64,000 nt of DNA from Macrostomum hystrix (Eukaryota > Animalia > Platyhelminthes). Every line of letters begins with the position of its first letter. Position 1 is the stretch's first letter. The notes under the pieces were generated by a model, which had not been told where the DNA came from, searched no databases, and worked only from the letters and a program-made list of their open reading frames with translations. The DNA lies in the NCBI GenBank assembly GCA_950097015.1, contig CATNEN010000038.1:17422001-17486000 (forward strand), given 5' to 3'. This document shows, one piece after another, positions 12,301 to 23,400 of this stretch. A program made the translations under genes and the position numbers.

Positions 12301-14484
12301 ACCAAGATGGTGCCCTACAGAGACAGCAAGATGACTCAGCTGTTCAAGAACTACTTCGATGGCGACGGCGCCGTCAAGATGGTGCTCTGCGTCAACCGCA
12401 ACGCCGAGGAGGCCGAGGAGACGGCAAATGTGCTGAAGTTCGCCGAGATGGCCGCCGAAGTGCAGGTGAGTCTGCTGTCTGTTCTGCATCCCCTTCCCTC
12501 CACTCCCCATCTGCCATCCCCTTCCCTCCACTCCCCATCTGCCATCCCCTTCCCTCCAGTCCCCATCTGCCATCCCCTTCCCTCCAGTCCCCATCTGCCA
12601 TCCCCTTCCCTCCAGTCCCCATCTGCCATCCCCTTCCCTCCAGTCCCCATCTGCCATCCCCTTCCCTCCAGTCCCCATCTGCCATCCCCTTCCCTCCAGT
12701 CCCCATCTGCCATCCCCTTCCCTCCAGTCCCCATCTGCCATCCCCTTCCCTCCAGTCCCAAATCCCCATCTGCCACCCCCTTCCCTCCACTCCACATTAT
12801 TAATGTCAGTTTTGCTAAAATCCCATCTCGATCGTTATTCTAATTTTGAACCACTCTCAGGTGACCCGCTCGAGGGCGCCGATGACGCCACGCTGGCAGG
12901 TGCCAGCTACTCCACGCTTACAGCAGCCAACAGCGCCGCCGTCATCATCGTCGGAGTCTTTGACCGATGTGGCTGGCGGCCGCCTCTGGCAGTTTGACGC
13001 CATCAGGCCCGTTTCGCCGCTGCCATCCTCGCTGGACGCCGCAGCCGCAGCCGCAGGCGCCACCCTGCGGGAGTCGCAGTGGGATCTCTGGGAGCAGCGG
13101 ACCCGACTGTTCCGAGCCGAACTGGACGCAGCCTGGGAGGACGGCGGCAGCGGCGGCGCCGACGCTCTCGAAGAGCTGCAACGGCTGCTGGCGGCGCACA
13201 GGGCGGAGAAGGTCAGGCTGGAGAAGCGGCTTCGCAATGCGGAGATGCGGCTGTGCAAGGACCGCGCCGCCGCTGATACGGGCCGACGAGAGCTGCTGAC
13301 CCGACTAGAGGATCAGGAGAACCAGCTGCGGCGGGAGCGGGCAGACAAGGAAAGGCTGCGGGATCAGTTTAAGTACCGCATGGTGAGTTTATCGATGGTT
13401 TACGTGTGCTATCGAGACTTTTGAGACTTTTAAGACTACTTTAAGCAGGCAATTGACACTACTGTAAGTAAGCTATTGAGACTACAGTAAGTTTGCTATT
13501 AGGACTGCAATAAATAAGCTATTCAGACTACTAACTCAGTTCAATACTTCCGCCAAGGACGCCGTTCAAAAGTCCGCCGCTCGCAATAATCAGCGTCGAA
13601 GTCGGTCACAGGACCCGCTTCAGCACAACAACGCCGAAGCTGCTGCCGCCCCGGCTGTCGAAGCGGCGCCGACGCCTGGTCTTGTTAGCCGCCTGCGCTG
13701 CCGTTTCAGTCCCAGCGCCAGCGCTCAGAAGCAGCCGATGCAGCAGCCGCCTCCGCCTTCGAATCCGCGCAGCCGACGATCCCGCAGCGCCGGTCAGCTG
13801 ACTGTCGATCATCACGCCAAGTACGAGACTCCCAGCGGCACCGTGCTGGGTGCTAAGGTGTCGGGCAAAAGGAAGTCTGTCACCAAGCTTGAGGCTCGCG
13901 ACATCAACAAGGCCACGGACTACGTACTGACTCACCAGACTGCCGATGCCAACGGCGGCCTGCGCACCGAGGTGTACAAGGGCTCCGTCACTCCTACCGC
14001 CGGGGGCGGCTCCGCTGTGCGCTTCAACGATGTCGAGATGCTCTGCCAGGTAATGATTGTTAATAGTCGTTCGTGTATCGCCGATTCCTATTAGAAGCCT
14101 AAAACGGCCCATTTAAGGGCCACCAAATGTAAAATCGATCTCGTAGGATTGACAACGTCTGGGTATATTCACTTATTGGTGGAAAAATCAGACACCAAGT
14201 TAGCTAATCAGAAAGTTTGTTTTGAAACTCTTAAGGTGTCGCCAACACAGCTGACTGTCCCCTACGCGTCTAATTCATCTGCAAACGCAAATGGCGACAC
14301 ATCCTGGCTTCTAAGCAGCGCCAGACGAGACGGCTGCAGAAAACGCAAGGCTTCAGCGTCTCAACGCGACCGCGGAGCCGCGGACAATCAGGACTCTGCC
14401 GGACGGCAGCGTCAACTGTGCGGTCCCCTGAATCTGGTGGCTTCGCCCGATGCTGCTAGTCTCACATCTGAGGATGACAATTGA
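9303..14484 (+). CDS. KIF23: Kinesin-6 KIF23/MKLP1 (centralspindlin), 7 exons, about 854 aa
   Basis: Exons 9303-9484, 9879-10248, 11380-11766, 12103-12465, 12861-13382, 13558-14049 and 14236-14484; all GT-AG and frame-consistent (2565 nt). Motifs: [61 protein letters not shown], a coiled coil, the RRSRSAG 14-3-3 site and the MKLP1 tail [26 protein letters not shown]. Confidence 0.95.
10295..11310. repeat. 23-bp minisatellite (TTAATTCATCACTCCGTCACCCC) in KIF23 intron 2
   Basis: About 30 near-perfect units from 10600, preceded by a related degenerate CTCATCACTCCCTCACCTCTAAA block. Confidence 0.95.
11761..12052 (+). repeat. About 44-bp tandem repeat that includes the exon 3 splice donor of KIF23
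   Basis: Unit GTCCAGGTGAGTCGTCGATGTCTAGTAGCATTCGGGTGCGGGCA, about 6.3 copies. Confidence 0.92.
12487..12792. repeat. 28-bp C-rich minisatellite in KIF23 intron 4
   Basis: Unit CCCCATCTGCCATCCCCTTCCCTCCAGT, about 11 copies. Confidence 0.95.
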
Positions 14485-15705
14485 TGTGGGACTCTTCACT
14501 AACCGGTTTTGTGTAACTTTTCTGTATAGTACTCGTATTATGCGCTTTTTTGCTTCTTATTAATTCGTTTTTTACTTTCCCGAATCTACTTTGAGTTCCA
14601 ATGCATGCATTTACTTAGCATTTTCAAATATCCCAAAAATACGAATTCCCAGTCACTCATAATCCTAAATCATTAAATCCTAGGCCATTATTTTCTTTAA
14701 AAAACTATGAATTCCCAGTCCATTTTCCCTAATGTATCTATCTCCCTTTTTTAATTGCAGCTAAACACTTTTTAAAATTGAGTGGCATTGGATTTAAATT
14801 AATTTTTTACTCTTATTTTGCAATACTTTTAGCTTTTTTTTCATTTTTATGAATAACTTTTTAGCATTTTCAATTTTTTAATGCCCTTTCAAGCTTTGGT
14901 TAGTATAATTTGCATCGATATGTCATTTCTTTCAGTCTCAGTTATCACACAATGATTAATTGCATTGTTTACTAGAGTGCATGCCATAATTTTTATACTC
15001 TCATTTTATTTTATAATCGTTGTGCATTTGCTTTTTGGTGCATATACTTTGCATACGCAATTTATTTTTATCTATACTAAAATGCTACTATAAGCAGTAG
15101 TATAGTTTATTTATCAAAAAATTTCATTGTTTTGCTGCATGCAATTATTTATAAAATTTCTGCCGCATGGTTGAAATATTTTACTCTCTGTGTTTTATCG
15201 ATTTATTAGCATTTGTTATTCCGCTTAAGTAAATTATTTTTGTGACGTCATGTTTAAAAGTTTTATTAATGATAATTTCAAATTCAATGCCAATGTGTCA
15301 GGTAAATATAATTTTACTCTCGCGACAAATTAAAATGATCTTTATCAATGAGTTGTTTGTAATTAATTTAAAATCAACCCGTCACTCATTGACGCAAATC
15401 AGTGACCACTGAAATGTACCGATTGCATAAGCCACAATGCTTAGCTCACTATGACGAAAACACCTGCTATTATAAGAAAAGTGAAAAGAAAACAATTTTT
15501 TAACCAGATACATTTTTGACGTCACACACAAGTGCTTTTTAATTCACCTGCTCGGTTATTAAGTGCGCTTCAGTCGATGTGTATAATAGTAAGAGTTTTA
15601 ATTTAGCTGTCCAGATAGGCCGAACAACTACAGCACTGTTTGCTTTAGGCGACTCAGCAAATTACCAACACTTAATAACACCATTGTAAAGACTCAATCT
15701 GCATT

Positions 15706-18585
15706 ATGAATGGTGAGTATCGATAAATAGTCACTCTCCCAACTGATCCTCACACTGAACTGGCACTCTCCCAACTGATCCTCACACTGAACTGGCACTC
15801 TCCCAACTGATCCTCTCTCACACTGAACTGGCACTCTCCCAGCTGATCCTCACTCACACTGAACTGGCACTCTCCCAACTGATCCTCACACTGAACTGGC
15901 ACTCTCCCAACTGATCCTCACACTGAACTGGCACTCTCCCAACTGATCCTCACACTGAACTGGCACTCTCCCAACTGATCCTCACACTGAACTGGCACTC
16001 TCCCAGCTGATCCTCACACTGAACTGGCACTCTCCCAACTGATCCTCACACTGAACTGGCACTCTCCCAACTGATCCTCACACTGAACTGGCACTCTCCC
16101 AACTGATCCTCACACTGAACTGGCACTCTCCCAGCTGATCCTCACACTGAACTGGCACTCTCCCAACTGATCCTCACACTGAACTGGCACTCTCCCAACT
16201 GATCCTCACACTGAACTGGCACTCTCCCAACTGATCCTCACACTGAACTGGCACTCTCCCAGCTGATCCTCACTCACACTGAACTGGCACTCTCCCAGCT
16301 GATCCTCACACTGAACTGGCACTCTCCCAACTGATCCTCACACTGAACTGGCACTCTCCCAGCTGATCCTCACTCACACTGAACTGGCACTCTCCCAACT
16401 GATCCTCACTCACACTGAACTGGCACTCTCCCAGCTGATCCTCACACTGAACTGGCACTCTCCCAACTGATCCTCACACTGAACTGGCACTCTCCCAGCT
16501 GATCCTCACACTGAACTGGCACTCTCCCAACTGATCCTCACACTGAACTGGCACTCTCCCAACTGATCCTCACACTGAACTGGCACTCTCCCAGCTGATC
16601 CTCACACTGAACTGGCACTCTCCCAACTGATCCTCACACTGAACTGGCACTCTCCCAACTGATCCTCACTCACTCTGAACTGGCACTCTCCCAACTGATC
16701 CTCACTCACACTGAACTGGCACTCTCCCAACTGATCCTCACTCACACTGAACTGGCACTCTCCCAACTGATCCTCACACTGAACTGGCACTCTCCCAACT
16801 GATCCTCACTCACACTGAACTGGCACTCTCCCAGCTGATCCTCACTCACACTGAACTGGCACTCTCCCAACTGATCCTCACTCACACTGAACTGGCACTC
16901 TCCCAGCTGATCCTCACTCACACTGAACTGGCACTCTCCCAGCTGATCCTCACACTGAACTGGCACTCTCCCAACTGATCCTCACTCACACTGAACTGGC
17001 ACTCTCCCAACTGATCCTCACACTGAACTGGCACTCTCCCAGCTGATCCTCACTCACACTGAACTGGCACTCTCCCAGCTGATCCTCACTCACACTGAAC
17101 TGGCACTCTCCCAGCTGATCCTCACTCACACTGAACTGGCACTCTCCCAGCTGATCCTCACTCACACTGAACTGGCACTCTCCGAGCTGATCCTCACTCA
17201 CACTGAACTGGCACTCTCCCAGCTGATCCTCACTCACACTGAACTGGCACTCTCCTAACTGATCCTCACTCACACTGAACTGGCACTCTCTCAGCTGATC
17301 CTCACTCAACTTTCCAGCTGATCCTCACACTTAACTGGCAATCTCCTCATTAACCCGATTACTCTGAGCTCATGCCACTCATTCCGCAGTCTTCTCATTT
17401 TCGGCTCTGTTGGTTGTCATGGCAACCACATATTGCGTGGCGGATCTGCTAATCTTGTCCGAGGAGCAGAAACTGGCTATACTGGAGGCTCACAACAAGC
17501 TGCGCGCCCAGACAGCCAACGGGAACACGCCCGGCCAACCACCAGCCGCCAACATGATCGAACTGGTACTTTAAATGACTGACAGCACACGAAGCGGAAA
17601 TCTAAATCTATATTTAGCTTGTGCACCGCAGTCTTAAATAAGCCAGACTCGAACCCTGCCCCGCATCCACTCAGGTCTGGGACGACAGGCTGATGACCAG
17701 CGCTAACCGCTGGGTGCAGAACTGCGCTGTTGGACACGACAAGCCCGAGGACCGAGCCTTGCCTGAGTTTAGCTGGGTCGGACAGAACTGGGCCGGTAGC
17801 GGCGACAGTGACTTCACCAGGTGAGGAAGAGTATTGCAAACTCTTACATAAAAAAAATTCTCCTGATAGATTTCAAAACTGAGATTCACCTGGAAAATTC
17901 CACAGACAAGACTGTCCAGCAGAGAATCATTAAACGAGAGCCCCTTACTGGGATTCCCCAACGGGATTCTCCAACCGAGATTCCCGAAAGTCTGTATTTC
18001 CTTGATTCCCTAGTCAAAACTGACAAGCAGTGAATAATCTAACGAGATTCCTCCAATTCAAATTCCCAAATCATTATTCCCAAACCGACATTCCCCCAAA
18101 AGTAATTCCGCAACCGGGATTCCCCAACCGGGATTCCCCAACCGGGATTTCCTACCGTGATTCCCCAACCGGGATTCCCCAATCGGGATTTCCTACCGGG
18201 ATTCCCCAACCGGGATTCCCCAAACGAGATTCACGAAACGATATTCATTTAAGTTTGTTCAGTCTCCGTGAAGTTTTTACAATGAAAATTCCCAATCTGC
18301 AGCTTCGTCCAGATGTGGTTCGACGAGCACAAAGACTACACTTACGATGATAACTCCTGTGCCGGTGTGTGCGGTCACTACACGCAGGTTGTGTGGGCCA
18401 GGACCAGCCGAATGGGCTGCGGAGTGGCCAAGTGCGGCAAATATCCCTACCACATGGTGTGCAACTATGCCACAGGAGGCAACTTCAACAACGAGCTACC
18501 GTACATCAGCGGCTCGGCTGGTAGCAGCTGCGAGTCCGGCTTTCAGGCTGGACAGTTGAGTGGCCTCTGCGTGGCTAGCTATTGA
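15706..18585 (+). CDS. Secreted CAP/SCP/TAPS protein (venom-allergen-like, GLIPR/PI16 family), 4 exons, about 203 aa
   Basis: Exons 15706-15712 (ATGAATG|gtgagt), 17390-17565, 17675-17820 and 18303-18585 give 612 nt. Signal peptide MNVFSFSALLVVMATTYCVA, then AHNKLR, PAANM, WD, GQN, WFDE, GHYTQVVWA, VCNYATGGN and a Cys-rich tail. Confidence 0.9.
15732..17340. repeat. 32/36-bp minisatellite filling CAP intron 1
   Basis: Unit CACTCTCCCA(A/G)CTGATCCTCA[CTCA]CACTGAACTGG, about 48 copies. The 36-bp variant becomes dominant toward the 3' end. Confidence 0.97.
18112..18225. repeat. 14-bp repeat CCGGGATTCCCCAA in CAP intron 3
   Basis: About 8 copies, with degenerate GATTCC flanking copies from about 17860. 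Confidence 0.85.
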
Positions 18586-20455
18586 AGACGGCCGTTTTTG
18601 GGGATTTATCTAATTTAATTCATTTTTTAAAATAGCCATGTTTATTTCGTTAATGGTTTTTTGTTTTAATTCATGTAATGAAAACAATAATTTAATTTAA
18701 TGGAATATTCTAGTTTGATTGACTAGCTCGAGGGTGTCCTATGGTTGAGCTGCGCCTAATATTTCGGCTTGATCAGGGTCTCAAGCCTATTTGCACCTGT
18801 TGATTGAAGGTCATTAAAGGTCCAGCAGTCCGTCTAGACAAACGTGGATGACCGCCGAAGACGGAGATGATGCAGGCACATTCGGGTGACATGCTGATAA
18901 TTTTAAAGGTCAAGGCGGCAAGGCGGCACCGAGGCGCAGTACTAATTCGTGTATATGGATGTATAAAAGACAACTAGCGCTTATTGAAAAAATCTGACCT
19001 TCGGGCAGAACCATTGAATATCTCGACGTTCTGAAGAGCTAGTGGGCTTGATTCTTGTGTCAGAAGATGCGCAACAAAAAGTTGGCCCGTGTTCGTGAGT
19101 TTTTTGTGCTTGCGTTGCTTTGTTCGGGTGCAGCACAAAAATTGTCCCAATTAGCAACTGCTTAAAATCAAAATAATTGGTATTCCTATCGATTATCTTT
19201 GAATTGTGGTGCTTTTAACTTTATGATACGTCATTAAAAAATTATCTTAATCAATCTTGGTTGATTTGACGCATTGTCTATTTCTGGTAAAGCCCTCGGC
19301 GTTACTAATTAAGTACAATATACAGGTGGATTCATATTGATGTGCATATTTTTGCCAGTATAGTAAAGCTCGTAGTTATCTACATGATGTAGATATAGCT
19401 ACGTATAGCTTAAAGTGTTCTACAATGACTTATGCAATTAGCCTTTAGCATATTTACGACGTACGTTCAACGACCTCATATAGTTTCACAAACCGGAATT
19501 CTACATTCTAAAACTAGTATTATAAATTAAAATTTAATTGTGTATATATGCAGAGAACAGAATTAGTAGTCAAAGAAAAAAGTACGCTGCTAAACTTCAC
19601 ATTTGAGGATGCAACAGCGAAAGCACAATAACTGATAAGATCACTTAAGATCACTTAAACATCGAACTATATAATAGTATTGTGTTGATATCTGTTTTTG
19701 TATAGCATATATTTATTTTTATTTTATTTTTTGGGACAAAAAACAACAATGCTAGTTAATATTCGCTTCTTTTTGGAGAAGTGAAGAACTAATTTCCGTT
19801 TAAAAACTACAAAAAAGTCATGTTTAACATCGTAGGGAAACTTTAGAAGACACTTAACTTAAAAGCACAACAACCGTTAGAAAGAGAATTCGAGGTATAA
19901 CAACAATATACTGAAATCCCGATAATTGAAATGGATTCAAAATAGTTTATATCTGTACTAAAAACGTCACATTTTCTCTTCAATATTTTATGGTTTAAAA
20001 GTAAAACCATTTTGCTAAATTTTTCTAGGCAAAAAAGGAAAAAAACTCTGTCAATAATCCAGAGAAATCAACAATGCTACTGTTTGTTATGGAGAGGCAG
20101 TAATAATATTATTAATAAACAGAAACACAGAAAACTGACAAGGCTAAAATAAAATGCAACCAGGACAAAAGGCTCTATTCATATACTCTCCGTTTCTGAG
20201 AGTCCTAATGTTGTCACTAATGCCGTCACTAATGCATTTTGCGATATAAAGAGTGATTATTGATTAACCGACAACACAAAATATTATGGCTACAAAAACA
20301 AACAACATTCAGCTAGCATTTCGTGTAGGGTCAAGTTTGATTCTCTCAGCAGCTTTTGATAAGTCGATTGATCTGTCTCTGATTGTTCTTAGAATCTTAG
20401 ACAAATTTCAATAATCGTTGACAGCCGTTCCTACTACGATTATACGACGAGCTTA

Positions 20456-23400
20456 TTAGAATCGACCAGCCTTTTCAAATAGCAGAGTAAAAACCGCGCC
20501 TGTACGTTGCAATGAGAAGAAGTTGGTAGCGATTAGTCGATGATCAGACATCAAATTGATTATATAAATTCGCTAACTCGTTTGCCTCCCTCACATCTCT
20601 CACCCACCCGTTTCCCGAAAATATTTTCCATAGATTTTTCACATCCACCCCACGCCGAATTAATTCCTCCCTCAACCCTAGAGAGTTCACACCCACCCCA
20701 CGCCGGATTTCTTCTCCAAAACCCTTTATACGAGCTCGTACTTCACACCCACCCCACGCTAAATTCCTTCCCTCACAAGCCTAAAAATTTTGCACCCACC
20801 CAAAGCCGAATTCCTTTGCACCAAACTATAATTAATTTCAATGGCTTTCCCACCCCTAAAAAATCTGCACTCACCGAGAACGGAGAAAGCGGTGCCTAAT
20901 AGAAACAGGCCCAGCCAACCAATGGTGTCCTTCAGTACGGTGGTCAATACTGCGCCAATAATGCCCGACATGGCCTGGAAGTGTTTAACACAGAAGTATC
21001 AGATATAACTTGAATAGAACATATATTGCTTACGAAAAATGATTCTAATTCGCAGGTACTCACATTTGCCGTGAACAGTACGCCGTAGTTCACAGTCAGA
21101 TTGTCCTGGCCGTACAGCTTGGCGCAGACGGCTGGAAAAAGTGCAAAATTTCCAGCCCAGAAGCCGAACATGACGCAGACCCAGACCATGAAGTACCAAG
21201 CCGCTCCTGACAAGGTGAATGTGCCCATTAGTATGGCCATGCCGAAACTAAGCACAAACATCAGGGCTCTATACGGCAATTGATCGTGCAGATAGCCCCA
21301 CAGGATTCGAGCTGCGGCGTTGAATACGGCGGCCAGGGAGCCGACAACGGCTAGAAAATGATCGCTAAGTCCTAGAGACAGGCCGAACGATTTGTACTGA
21401 GTGTTGATGTACACCACTGACTGAGAATTCACCAGAAAAGTGGCCCACAGTAGCCAGAACTGCGGCTTGCGAATCAACTGACTAGGCGATACTTCGTTTG
21501 TTGCCATGGCAACCGGCTTGCTAGGACTGCTCTGGACGGCTCGGTCATCTAGCGGTGTTTCCTGAGCCGTAGCTAGCTGCTGTTCGTCGCCCGAGTCAAC
21601 GAGTTCCTGACGCTGTTAATTAGAAAATTATAGAAAATTACAATATATGCATTTTATGCTTTGAAAGTAGACAGCAGACAGTTAATAAGTTCGTTTAGCC
21701 AGTACGATTAAATAGGGCCATTATATTACATATTATCGCACAGTAATAACCAATTCATTGCCTTCAAGGTTTTTAGTGCTATTTGTTAGCTTTACACCAG
21801 CCAGAATTAACCTCGTTTCCTACAATAGTTAGCCCAGAGAAGCCTGTTAGCGTGCATTAAAATTACAATAATCTAGATCCCGATGATAAGATAATCGAAA
21901 ATGATGGTAAGACGGTCGATAACGATGGCAAAATAGTCGATAACGATGAAAATATGGTCGATAATTATGATAAGACAGTCGATAACGATGGTAAAATGGT
22001 CGATAACGATGGTAAAATGGTCGACAATGATGATAAGATGGTCGATAACGATGAAAATATGGTCGATAATGATGATTAAAGTTTTGATAACGATGATAAG
22101 ATGGCCGAAAACGATAAAAATATGGTCCAGTGAGATGATAAGATGGTCAATAGTGATGATAATTTCGTCGATAATGATGATTAGATGGTCGATAACGATG
22201 ATAAGATGATCAATAGTGATGAAAATATTGCCGATAACGATGAAAATATGGTCTATAAAGATGACAAAATGGTCGATAGAGATGACAAAATGGTCGATTA
22301 TAAGGAAAATATGGTCGAAAACGATAAAAATATGGTCAATTGTGATGATAATTTGGTCGATAATGATGAAAATTTGGACGATAGTGATGAAAATATGGTC
22401 GATAGTGATAATAATTTGGTCGATAGTGATGATAATTTGGTCGATAATGATGAAAATATAGTCGATAACGATGATCAGATGGTCAATAAGAGGATAAAGA
22501 CCATGATAAAGTGAAAAGGATCCAGGTATTTTGGAATTAGATGATTTTCTAAAGATAATAGAATATTAATAAGATTTAATATCAAGCTCCTATGCCCAGT
22601 TAGGGATCGCCTAAAATGAATTTGCTTTAATAAATAATAAATTCGGTCTCGAATGAACTCGGTCTCAAAAAGTATACTAATAAACACTTAACTTGTCTAA
22701 AACAGTCTAAAATCGCAGTCATACAATTAGCAATTGTTCATAAGATTAAAACAATAGCATAATGAGTTATTATGAAGAATTATAGCACAGCAAAAACCAG
22801 GGTTCAACTCTTACGTCGCATTTCAAAAAGAAGTTAAAACTACGAGTAATATGTTATCAATGCATTTTTATAAACTAAATATTGGAACTAAAAAGCGCAC
22901 TTACCTACCAGCGGCATGTATCCGTAGTTTGGACGATAACGCTGCATAACCTTGAGGCGGTTAATAAAAAGCAAACAGAATAGAGCTACAAAAATATAGC
23001 TATACACAATTTTTTATAGCTGAAAATAATAGAAAATATTTTATGAAATCGACTACACAAAAAAGGAAACACATTTTATAATATTTTTATGTCTTATACA
23101 AATTTCACCTGTAAGACAGGAGTTTTAACTCTTAGACAGGAGTTTCATCTGTTAGACGGAAGTGTCACCTGTTAGACAGGATTGTCACCTGTTAGACAGG
23201 ATTGTCACCTCTTAGACAGGATTGTTACCTGTTAGACAGGATTGTCACCTGCTAGACAGGATTGTCACCTGTTAGACAGGATTGTCACCTGTTAGACAGG
23301 ATTGTCACCTGTTAGACAGGAGTGTCACCTGTTAGACATGAGTGTCACCTGTTAGACAGGTGTCACCTGTTAGACAGGTGTCACCTGTTAGACAGGAGTG

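Noticed and set aside
15732-17340. CRISPR-like appearance of 27-37-bp periodic arrays, here and elsewhere
   Set aside because: Units are contiguous with no unique spacers, there are no cas genes, and the context is eukaryotic introns.
18720-19160. GC-elevated patch downstream of the CAP gene
   Set aside because: No convincing ORF, termini or second copy in the window; cannot be assigned.
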